64,000 nt of DNA from NCBI GenBank assembly GCA_951406725.2, contig OX597822.1, positions 99,448,001 to 99,512,000 on the forward strand. Direction: 5' to 3'. Below, piece by piece: positions 12,214 to 23,633 of the stretch. The position numbers were made by a program, and so were the translations under genes. Within the stretch, counting starts at the first letter, position 1. Every line of letters starts with the position of its first letter. The DNA is from Octopus vulgaris. Lineage: Eukaryota. The notes beneath the pieces were generated by a model that did not search any database, was not told where the DNA came from, and saw nothing but the letters and a program-made list of their open reading frames with translations.

Positions 12214-12440
12214 CTTTATTTTAAGCAGCAGAAAATTCAACAAAATCTGTTACTCTGAGTTTCTCGTTGCCGTTCATCAGACAGTTTTTGCTAGCAAAAA
12301 CTGTCTGATGAACGGCAACGAGAAACTCAGAGTAACAGATTTTGTTGAATTTTCTGCTGCTTAAAATAAAGCATATTACTCTACCACTGGTATTTGAGTA
12401 CTCTTTTTTCCACCTTGTTTCACATTTATGTGTTTACTCC

Positions 12441-12442
<2 letters not shown>
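12214..12442 (+). mobile_element. Penelope-like terminal fragment: perfect 158-bp palindrome plus about 70-bp tail, inserted in (TA)n
   Basis: Arms 12214-12292 and 12293-12371 checked base by base as perfect reverse complements with no spacer; contains a hammerhead motif. Confidence 0.8.
12297..12343 (+). ncRNA. Minimal type I hammerhead ribozyme motif (mirror copy on the minus strand at about 12242-12288)
   Basis: aaaaCUGU-CUGAUGA(12305-11)-acggcaacga-GAAAC(12322-26)-ucaga-GUA(12332-34)-ACAGauuuu. Stem I CUGU/ACAG; stem II has an A-A mismatch at its base. Confidence 0.7.
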
Positions 12443-12482
<40 letters not shown>

Positions 12483-13470
12483 AATCACAGGTAAATAGGA
12501 TACAAATTGGTTTAGATGAAATGCATTTCAGGTGCCCTCTTCCTAATGAGATAGCTATAGGGCAAGAAAACCTTTATATGATAGCATTTATCAATTTAGA
12601 GAAACCTTTTGTATCACACTCTCATGTGTATGTGTGTGTGGGGGGTACCAAGGAAACTAGGCATAGATGAATGACTTGTGAGAGTCATGCATGCTGTGTA
12701 CAGAGATACTACAAGTAATCAATTCTATCGGTCTTGTTTCTTGTAGTTCTTGAGACCAAAGAATGGAATTAAAACATGAGATCTCTGAAGGAATTCCTAT
12801 ATACTGAATGTCTAGTTCTTGTAATTGAATCAGTCAAAAATTTAGAAAGAATTCCAAATGTAGAAGCAAAATCAAGAATCAGGCAGCATCAAGGTAAACT
12901 AAGCAAGGATAAAAATCTGGGTTTGCAGGAATGATGACAAACCTTACTGTCATCTGACCACGCTCAGTACATAGAAAAGGAATTCCTTATAATGTGTTCA
13001 ATGTAAACTATGACCATATTAGATTCACAGGCAAACTGACAGAGAAGGTCAACTTCATATGTTACAGATGTTTCATGCGTAAGCAAGAACAACTATTAAG
13101 CAAATACTTTCAAAAGCATGGAAGGCTATTCAGAAGTAGTTGATAACCACAGTTGATTTAATTAGTACTGAAGTGGATGCTCTGAAAGCATAATAGATAG
13201 AGAATAAGTTGATAAAAGTTACAAGCTATGTCTGCTGATATCAAACAGACTTTTTTTTTTCTTTGAGTGAAGAGCAGATTATATGAGCATTGTATATGAA
13301 GTGGGATGTTGAATGGCAGTGAAGGCTGGGAATAAAAAAAAATTAAATTAAATTTGCAAGCTCTGATGTAAGGTTAATGTGGATGAAGAATGGGGAAGAA
13401 ATTAGCTGAGACAGGAAATGGATAGAAGAGAAAACAGATGTAATGTAAAAAAGAGAGAGGTTCCACTGAT

Positions 13471-13960
13471 ATCATCATCATCATCGTTTAACGTCCGTTT
13501 TCCGCGCTAGCACGGGTTGGACGGTTCGACCGGGGTCTGGGAAGCCAGGGGCTGCACCAGGCTCCAGTCTGATCTGGCAGTGTTTCTACAGCTGGATGCC
13601 CTTCCTAACGCCAACCACTCCGCGAGTGTAGTGGGTACTTTTTACGTGCCACCAGCACAGGTGCCAGGGGAGTCTGGCATAGGCCACGATCGGTTGGTGC
13701 TTTTAACGTGCCACCGGCACGGAAGCCAGCCAATACAGCGCTGGCATCGGCCACGTTCAGATGGTGCTTTTTATGTGTCACCGGCACAGAAGCCAGTCGA
13801 GGTGGCGCTGGCATCGGCCATGTTCGGATGGTGCTTTTTATGTGCCACCGGCACAGAAGCCAGTCGGCGCGGTGCTGGCAACGCCCACGTTCGGATGGTG
13901 CTTTTTATGTGCCACCGGCACAGGTATCACAACTACTATTTCCATATGGATATGGATATG
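13471..13960 (-). mobile_element. SINE-like family 3, young copy with about 6 internal repeat units
   Basis: (CAT)n tail; tandem units of about 61 bp GATGGTGCTTTTTATGTGCCACCGGCACAG... Confidence 0.9.
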
Positions 13961-14133
13961 TGATTTAAATGGGTAAAGAAGTAGCAATCCATTCAAGTGG
14001 AAGGGATCAGCAAGAGAGGAAAAACTAGCGAAACATGTAAAGAAATGGTGAAGATCAGTCTCAAGAAGCTGAACTTCATGAAGGAGACAACAAAGGACTG
14101 TGACAAGTCTACTATTGCTGGGAATCTTCAACC

Positions 14134-14342
14134 CTTTAGCATTCAGATTATTCTATCAAATGCAACGCTTATTCAGTCACACTGTTTTGAATTAATCCTA
14201 TAGCTTTGAGATTTAAATGATGCAATTGTTTATTTTTTAAATGGTATTGTAGGGGAAGTGTGAGAGGTCAGATCCGGCCAGTTTGAATACAAAACAGATC
14301 AGATATTTGGGCCAGATATGGGTGGTTTAAATACTACAGGGT
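14134..14342. mobile_element. piggyBac-type MITE family B
   Basis: CCCTTTAGCATTCAGA ... AGGG-TTAA; homologous to 44509-44729. Confidence 0.75.
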
Positions 14343-15387
14343 TAATGTGACACTGATTTACTAGTTTGTTATTGTGTGGAATTATTATTTTTTTTTTTTG
14401 GTGAGACATTTTATGGGAAATACAAACGCCACATCATTTCAAACCCCTTCTCACCCTTGAAAATCTTAGGCTTCTGTATCTTGGTTTCAGAATAGATGCA
14501 CATCATCCTTGTGAGCCATAAGAGGCAACTGAAAGTGTTGGTGATAGGAAGTACATGTGGGCCTAAAATATGATCTCTAAAAGCCAATGCAACCCATACC
14601 AGCACAAGGAACTGAATGGAAAATGATGAAGAATGATGTTACCTGTGTAAGAATCAATTATTTTATAATTCAAGACAATGTAATATAGAGTTCAGTGTAT
14701 AATAGTAAAGACAGAGTTGTGAAAGACAAGAAGAGAAAAATTATGGTGTTAGTGATTGACCTCCAAGAAATGCTTACAGATATATGCACAACAAATATTA
14801 ACTTTAATCATTTGTCAGTTTTCTTTGTTTGAACACTTACCAATATAACTGGGGATTAGGAGAGAAAAAGTCTTGCATTTTAGGATTAAAATAGTGGAAT
14901 GGCAGATAAAACAGTGCACCAGATTAAAAGACTAACAGTATATTTAGATTTGTTCATCTACATTCTCAGTTCCAACCACGCCAAACTCTACTTGCATTTC
15001 ATCTGTTTGGGATTGATAAAAATGCTCCTGACAGATATTATGAATTCAATATAATACAACTATTTATGGTAACATATCAAAGTTAGAAATTGCAGTCAGC
15101 ATGAAATATAGCAATATTTTCTTAAACTGTCAATGCTGTTATCTTTCCAGTAAACAAAGTCTCTGGAATCTTGATTCCCATTTAAAGACCAGAACACTAA
15201 AGGCAAAAATGCAAGCCAAAAATATCTCATTTATCCTTTTCTCCTCCTATAAAAATCATGTTTTTTTTTGTTTTTTTCACTGAATCAGTTTACAATGTTT
15301 CTATATCTATCTTACTCCAAATCCTTATATTTACTAGCTTAGGCCTTTCATTACCAGATTTCTTTTAGCAATACGCAGTTTCTGTTT

Positions 15388-15708
15388 CATCATCATCATC
15401 ATCATCATTTAGCGTCCGCTTTCCATGCTAGCATGGGTTGGATGGGTCAACTGGGGTCTGTGAAGCTGGAAGGCTTCGTCAGGCCCAGTCAGATCTGGCA
15501 GTGTTTCTACGGCTGGATGCCCTTCCTAACGCCAACCACTCCGCGAGTGTAGTGGGTGTTTTTTACGTGCCACCTGCACAGGTGCCAGACAGAGCTGGCG
15601 AACGGCCACGAACGGATGGTGCTTTTACGTGTCACTGGCACGGGGCCAGGCGATGCTGGCAACGGACACGAACGGATGGTGCTTTTACGTGCCACTGACA
15701 CGGGGCCA
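15388..15708 (-). mobile_element. SINE-like family 3, 5'-truncated
   Basis: (CAT)n tail and 3 internal repeat units. Confidence 0.85.
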
Positions 15709-16876
15709 AAAAATTATGAAGAATTTAGTAAAATACCTTCAATGATCAAGCTGGTGCTCAGAACATAAATAATATGAAATTTTACTGAGAGGTTTTGATT
15801 AAGATTGATTCAAAGCAGAAAATTTATATCCTAGAACCAGAGAGGTTGGTATCAAGAGGGTTAAGCCACTATAAGCAATCTCGCACACAAACTCACATAA
15901 CCCCTTTCTGATTATATTTCTCATCGAATCTATTTCTAATTAAATAAACAACTCATAATTTTGAAGATAATTTAAGACTTTGAATAAATTTAGTAAAATA
16001 CTTAACTCAGGAATAATTAAGTTTGACTTTGGAACATAACTTGGCAAAATATCCTTATATGGAAAAAAATATGAAGGAAGGTTTATAATTTCAATACAAA
16101 CGTTTTGAAATGAGAAGGTTTCTGCAACAGAACTAAGGGTTGTTTCGGGCATGTTGGAATCAAAACGGTTTAGCCAACTCATTATTTGTAGTTCACCAAC
16201 ACTTAGCATTCAGAGAGAGACTTTTGAAGTTCCTTGGTAAACAAGAACTCTGACTTCCTAGAATGTAATTTCTTTGGGATTTGTTTTCTTGGAACAGTTA
16301 TCCATCTGCAGTTATTCAAACTAGGACATCTAGCAGTAACTACCAATGGGCTTTGCCTAATACATATAACAGAATTATTTAAACCATTGCAGCATATTTA
16401 CAAGTGCATGAAAGAGAGAGGAAGAAGGAAACAAAGAAAAAGAGAAAGAAGGAAAGCAGGCGGAATTTTCATTCGGAATACCATTATCATAGTTATTTCT
16501 CAGATGCAAAGTAATTCAAACAATGTCAGGCAAAAAGAAAAGGACGTTTCGACAACGTATGCAATGCTATGTGCTTAGTTCAATTGTAAATGTTACATAA
16601 GGGGGAAAAAAGTGTGCATTCATTAAAAAGAAACATACTGGTCAACATTCAACCAGGGAAAAAGAAAACAAAATAATAGTATTTGTCAAACATAATAAAA
16701 TGTAAATTAGACATTATCCCACAATTTATTAATAAAATAAGGGAAGTTATTATGCACAACATGTAACTCCAAGCAAGGGTCATTGAGTAGTTTCTTTATC
16801 ATAACTCTCAAAACTCATATCTAAATATATCAATTTTATGTTTAATATTATTTGCATATAGGCATAAGAGTGGTAT

Positions 16877-17046
16877 AGGCGTATGAGTGGCAGTGCGGTA
16901 AGTAGCTTGTTTACCAGCCACAGGGTTCCGGGTTCAGTCCCGCTGTGTGGCACCTTGGACAAGTGTTTTCTACTATAGCCTCGGGTCGACCATAGCCTTG
17001 TGAGTGGATTTGGTAGACAAAAACTGAAAGAAGCCCGTCGTATATA

Positions 17047-17102
<56 letters not shown>

Positions 17103-17322
17103 TGTATGTGTATATGTATGTGTCTGTGTTTGTCCCCCCAACATCGCTTGCCAACTGATGCTGGTGTGCTTACGTCGCCATAACTTAGTGGTTCAGCAAA
17201 AGAGACCGATAGAATAAGTACTAGGCTTACAAAGAATAAGTCCTGGGGTCGATTTGCTCGACTAAAGGCGGTGCTCCAGCATGGCCACAGCCAAATGACT
17301 GAAACAAGTAAAAGAGTAAAAG
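16877..17322 (+). mobile_element. SINE family 2, full length with internal (TG)n(TA)n
   Basis: Box A/B-like head (TGGCAGTGCGGTAAG, GGTTCAGTCCC), CACCTTGGACAAGTG CORE-like segment, tail GACTGAAACAAGTAAAAGAGTAAAAG. Confidence 0.9.
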
Positions 17323-17323
17323 C

Positions 17324-17382
<59 letters not shown>

Positions 17383-17600
17383 AAAAAACACTTCAATTAA
17401 AGAAAATAAATATGAATAAAGAAAAAAAGACCCAAGCATTGTGGCATATTAACATGTACATAGCTACATGTGATAGGGATTGGGGTGAGCTGCAGTTATG
17501 TATTGTTTGTGATACAATAATAGCAACAAAGAGATGATGAATACATTAATGAATGTGTGTATTTAAATATGCGTATGGGTGCATTTGTGTATACATACAT

Positions 17601-17650
<50 letters not shown>

Positions 17651-17934
17651 GTATGTATATATATTAACACCGCTAAGGAGGTGAGCTAGATGGATTATTA
17701 GCATACCAAACAAAATGCTTAGTGGCATTTCATCCATCTTTATGTTCTAAGTTTAATTTCTGCTGAGGTCAATGAAAAAACAGGTTACAAGACATACAAC
17801 ACAAGGAATATTCCCCTTCTTCAGTTGTCCCTGTTTCGTCTACTCCACGTTTTGAAGATAGATAGATAGATAGATAGATGTATGTATGAATGTGTGTGTG
17901 TGTGTATGTGTGTGCGTATGTATGTGTGTATGTA

Positions 17935-17972
<38 letters not shown>

Positions 17973-17987
17973 CATGCATGTATGTAT

Positions 17988-18365
17988 GTCTTTTACTTGT
18001 TTCGGTCATTAGAATGAAATCATACTGGAGCACCGCCTTGAAAGGATTTTTAGTCAAATGAATCAATCCCAGTACTTTTTTTTAGCCTGGAACTTATTCT
18101 ATCAACCTCTTTTGCTGAACCCCTAAGTTGTGGGGATGTAAACACACCAACACTGGTTGTCAAGTGGTGGGTGTGGGTAAACACACACACACACATTATA
18201 CATGTGTGTGTGACAAGGTTCTTTAAGTTTCTGTCTACCAAATCCACTTGAAAGCCTTTAGCCAGCCCAAAACTGTAGTAGTAGATATTTGCCCAAGGTG
18301 TCACACAGAGAGACTGAACCCAGAACCATGTGGCTGGAATGCAAACTTCTTACCACAAAGCTGTG
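17988..18365 (-). mobile_element. SINE family 2, diverged
   Basis: Inverted relative to the copy at 16877. Confidence 0.8.
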
Positions 18366-19071
18366 TGTGGCGTCTATAAATATATGTGTGTTGCAAGGAG
18401 GGAACCAATAGTGAATTAGCCATAAATACCAAACAAATACATTATTTTTACAGTTCAGACAATCAAGTACAGATAAACAATAATAAATTATTAGCTAAAG
18501 TTCAATATTAGTTAAGCATGTGAGACAGATGTATTCAAAGAAACACAAAAAAACTGAGTCTTCAAAACAAAATCACTATTTTCATTATTTACAAAATTTT
18601 ATCAATTAGTTTCTCCTCACGTTTTATTGAAAACATTTCTAGCTTTGTTTGAAAAAAAAAAAAAATGGTGTTTGGATATGCGCACTATTTTATTTATTAG
18701 CACCTGTATGCAAATAGCATGAATAAATGTATGCAAAAGTGCGTGCGTGTTTATATTATGTTGTGTAACGAAAGCGAGCAGATTAATCTAAATTGGGATG
18801 AGGAAATATTGCTATCTGGAATATTTAGTGCAAATGCCTTGTGATGTTCAATAATTTTTCTCACTTTTGCTGTGCGATAAAACAACAAGCTTCAATATTA
18901 ATAGAAAATGCTGTGCAAGGTATATGCACAACACTGTGTGTATGTGTGAATACTGTCAGTGGGTAACTAAAAAAAAAACATTATGTAAGAAAAAGAAAAA
19001 AAAATTGAATGCATAAACTGAATAACACATTTATCTTATGGCTTATATAATAAATATGTATATGCATGTTG

Positions 19072-19113
<42 letters not shown>

Positions 19114-19852
19114 TACACCTATACATATATATATCTACACACACATATATATATATATATGTACATACACCTATACATACATATATATACATAAATACAT
19201 ACACACCCATATATATATACATAAATAAATACACATATATATATACACACACACATATATACATGCACCTATATATATAGGTGTATGTATACACATACAC
19301 ATACCTATATATATAAAGTACAATTTATAAGGGTAATATATTGCAGGATTCTTCAAGAGAGGGGAATCAGATTTTGGTTTATTTTGGATACATTTTATTT
19401 ATCATAAACGAAACAATATTGGATCAAAACTAAGATAATCATATATAATTAAATAAATGCATGCCTATATATTCCATCATGGTAAGAAGTGAAATATTAA
19501 GAAAGCTGCCATAAAAAAAAAAAAATTGGAGAAAATATGCATTAAAAAAAAATAAAAGGAGAAAAAGGGAATTAATTTCAAGATACGAACTGAACATGCA
19601 CACTAGTGTAAAAGTATGCATTAAACTCATGTGCTTCTGTATTTTAGTGTGTATAAGTGAGCATATATACAGACATACAAACATATACACACACATGCAC
19701 TCTATTTCACTCTGATTTTGCAAAACAGATTTACTTTCTTTAATAGTGTGGTAATTATTTAAAAAAAATTTTTTTTTTTTTACTTTTGTGCACATTTGAA
19801 ATAAATCTATGTGCATGCATGTGCTGTTATATAAAGGTCACATTGTCCATAC

Positions 19853-20049
19853 CTCTAAATATTGCCGTTTTGATGTTCGCCATATCCCTAACTTCACTTC
19901 AGCTTTCTTCTTCCAGTTAAAATCCACATTCAAGCTCACAGTTGGGATAGGTTCTTTTATATAGATCCGTCTATCTCTCACCATTGTAATAACAAAGAGA
20001 TCTCCGCGTGGATTGGTTCCCCTCGTTTGTTTTCCCCCCCAATTAATCA
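19853..20049 (-). CDS. Candidate 197-nt coding exon of an unidentified minus-strand gene
   Basis: ttatag| acceptor and GAG|gtatgg donor; open frame INWGGKQTRGTNPRGDLFVITMVRDRRIYIKEPIPTVSLNVDFNWKKKAEVKLGIWRTSKRQYLE. Non-repetitive with higher GC/CpG than the flanks. Protein not recognised. Confidence 0.5.
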
Positions 20050-20686
20050 CTATAACATGTGAGTAAATAATCTTGAAATGGATGTGCTACATGTTTAGTT
20101 AGAATTATTTTGGTAATATTATTCCTATAATGTTATTTCTCATTGACACATAAAGGACATTCACTAAGTTTGTTCCAAACCAATCATCCATATAAAGTTG
20201 ACAGACAGAAATAGGAAACATTGAGGTCTTGAAGATTTTAACTTGCAGAAAGAGCAAACAACGATAGCAGAGGCAGTTTCATTTTCATCCAAGTTCTAGA
20301 TCACAAAATAAAATGTCCTATGCGAAAAGAATTCTTGTTGACCATTAGAGAAAATCTAAGAACAATAGGTGTTTTCTTAGGGGTCATTGTTTTTGCAAAT
20401 TGTTCTGTGTTCAATCAATACATGCCAACTGGTCAGGAAGAGGTATTAGTTCTTTTTCCATTCCTAAGAATAGCAAAAGGAATTTCAAACTGAGAAGAGA
20501 AAGGAGGAGTGGAGAGGAGAAGGAAGAAGAATAAGAGGTAGAGGAACAAAAGAGAGAGATAGTATAGTGGTGGTGGTGGTGGTGGTGGTGATAGGGGTGG
20601 TGGGGGAGAAGTATTCTGAAAAATTAGAACAATAAACAAACAATGTTTGACTAAAATCAGGAAAACTAATACAGAAGCAAGTACAA

Positions 20687-20742
<56 letters not shown>

Positions 20743-21944
20743 TTGTATTAATATTGCATATTATATACATGACTAAGAGTTTGAAATTTCATATTTTTTA
20801 AATGACTATGGGTTTCATATTTCACATTTATTAATTTCAAACAATACAACTGTACAGAATTTCATTATCAAATAGGAAAGCCTATCGGAAAGAAAGCTTG
20901 TGAAGACACACACCATGATGAGAAATGGTATTCAACTAAAAATCTTGCACCATAAATGTCCATGTTGGAATAGATCAAAAGTAGTAGGAAAAAAAAAAAA
21001 AAAAAGAAGCCGTTTTTAGAGAAAGAAACTCAAATTAGAAATGTAAAAAAAAGTACAAAGAGATGGTGTATAGAAATTTAGGAATAAACCATGAGTATAT
21101 GTTGGAATTTAAAACAACAGAAACAAATACATAATTTGACTTAACGAAACAAATGAAGAATGAGAGATATGGTAAGAGATAATTAAGTAAACAAAAATGA
21201 ATAGAAATTTTAAAAAAGAAGTTGGCTAAATGATAAAAGGTAGAATATAAGGCTGTCCAATTAATCCAAAGGAAAAGTTCAAAGAAAACCTTAACTTACA
21301 GTTGATATCAGGACAAATGGAAAAATGTTCAGATGTGTGATGGAACTAATGTTCCTAAGAAAAAAATGTACAGCTTGTAGAGGCATTGATTGTGTTAGCC
21401 AGCGTGTTCTTCAGTTTGAGTGTGTGTGTGTGTGTGTGTGTGTGCGTATGTGTGTAGCATGTGCCACACAGGGGTATAAGAATGTGTGTATTTATGTGTT
21501 TATGTCAAAGTATGCCTGCAGTGTTTGAATATGTATTTGAATATATGTCAGTTTTTTTTTAAGTTGGCAAAAAGAATAATAAAATAATAATAATAGTAGT
21601 AGTAGTGGAACTAATGTTAAAATAAAATTACAGGGAAATAAATGGAAAATAAATGTATGAAGAGGAAAAACAATGACAAAGTAAAAAAAAAGCCAAAAAA
21701 CCTACAAACTAAGAAAAACAAAAAAAAAATTAAAAACACATAAAAAAGAAAAAGAGAAATGTACTTAAAGTACAATTAGAGCATATGTCCATAGGAGTAG
21801 CATTATAATAGCCAACTGGACAGCTATCAAAACTTAGAAGACTGACAATAAACAAATGATTTTATGAAACACCTTAGAATTTTCAATGTATTTACTTGAG
21901 GAATTAGGAACGTGTGTGTGTGTGTGTGCATGTAAGCATATGTA

Positions 21945-22390
21945 GGTGCAACATTGGCTGTGTGTGCTTCCCAAATAAAAGGTTTCAGGTTCAATTTCAT
22001 TGGCAAGTAGCAACTATTACAACCCCACAAACCACCCTAGGACTTGTGAGTGGGTTTGGTAGACAGAAACTGAAAGAAGCCCATTGTGTGTGTGTGTGTG
22101 TGTGTGTGTGCACATGAGAGTTTGTGTGTGTGTGTTTATGTGTGCCTCTCTGTCTCGACACTGTATGTATGATAGTTGCAAACAAGGACCCTCCTCATAC
22201 AAGCAGTGTCTGCCATTTCAAATTTTTTTGTAAAAACATGTCTGCTCATGGAAGAATATTTACCTTACTTAAAAACAAGTGAGGGTTGATGACAAAGAAG
22301 GCATCATACAGAAAAAAATTTCTTAAATGAATTCTGTCTGATCCATGCAAGCATGGAAAAGGAGATGTTAAAATAAGGATGATAATGATG
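21945..22390 (+). mobile_element. Hybrid SINE: family-2 head, (TG)n, RTE-type tail
   Basis: GGTAGACAGAAACTGAAAGAAGCC then (TG)n then CCATGCAAGCATGGAAAA..GATGTTAAAA. Confidence 0.75.
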
Positions 22391-23589
22391 TATATGTGTT
22401 GCCACAAATATATAAACACAAACATGTAAATCATAATGAGCTTATTCCTTAAATGGTAATTAATTGTTTTGTGATTTAAGCACTAAGCCAACAGTTTCAT
22501 GGAAAGGAAGGGATTTGGTTGCAACCATCGACTCTAGCATTTAACTGCAAATGGATGAAAGGATAAGTTAAACCATAGCAGGATTTGAACTCAGAATGTA
22601 AAGAAACAGACACAATACCACAAAGCATTCTTCCTTGAAGCTCTAGCTATTCTACCATCACAGTGAAAATATACATCAACACAATTCTTCGGGAGTTAAG
22701 ATTATTGCAATAATACCAACAGGGTAGCTTTTCATTCTACTAAAATTTAATTTTGAATATTAATACAAATGTAATTGAGACAAGTCATAAATTTCACACC
22801 AATTTTCACCCATCCTAAATATTCTAAATTTCATACCTCCACACAAAACTATTATAACTAGCAAAGCTACCAACCTAATTTCCATGAGTCAATGAGTCAC
22901 TCACAAGAAATAGCAGTTGAATATCCGTCAAATCACATTACGTTAGACGAGAACATATTGGCTCACATAATCCTGGACACCATCCCATCTCTCTCTCTCC
23001 TTTTCTTTTTTCCTAAAAACATGATACACACAAGAATGTCTTTGGTGACAAGACTGCTCACTCAGAACCATCCTGGGGTTAAACAACGACATCCATCTAA
23101 TTTCCATCAACCATCCATTTTTGAGCTCTGTATTCATACAATCCTGTCTGTCACAATGCACTATAGCGATAGCTATTGCACACAAATTAACATTATTTAT
23201 AAGGCTAATAAAGTAGAAATGAAAATTAGCATATAATAAGCTTTATTTTCAGTTCTTTAGTGTTTTCTCTTTGTTCATATAATGGTAGTAGATATTCATT
23301 TCTTAGTTCTAGCATTGTAATTATAAACACAATGTTGAAACGAAGCAAAGCAGAGTGTAGAAAAGTGTACCTAATTAAAACTACTAAGTTTACCTCCACA
23401 ATTACTGAGACTACCCACCATAATAATTCTTAGACATGAAACACATCATCAAATCATTAAAAAAAAAAAAAATGGTTTGTAATTTTAATTCATGTGCCTG
23501 ACCAACTAATGCTCTCAGCCACAACAAATTAAGCTTAAATGATATTGCTACACATCTGAAAACATTGATGAGGTTCACACCAAATACCA

Positions 23590-23633
<44 letters not shown>

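Larger units (their letters stand above)
11800..14640 (+). pseudogene. Highly degenerate RTE-clade LINE (RT region, C-terminus and 3' UTR) with nested insertions
   Basis: Remnant peptides IEIDRYIVERIIKYMKTRNA, RIQIGLDEMHF, LYMIAFINLEKPF, RKLGIDE*LVRVMHAVYRD and VEGISKRGKTSETCKEMVKISLKKL correspond in order to RTE RT motifs (FVDLEKAFD, RKLG..EWLV, EG...RGRP..TW). The 3' end resembles the family-3 tail. Confidence 0.75.

Noticed and set aside
13600-13925. Regularly spaced repeats resembling a CRISPR array
   Set aside because: The inter-repeat segments are similar to each other rather than unique spacers; eukaryotic dispersed repeat with no cas genes.
13517-13976. Overlapping GC-rich ORFs up to 148 aa (also at 9137, 15438, 28981, 35846 and 46284)
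   Set aside because: All lie within family-3 repeats; the open frames reflect GC-rich tandem units.
15940-16209. 89-aa minus-strand ORF
   Set aside because: No recognisable motif or convincing splice boundaries; AT-rich and better explained as UTR or intron.
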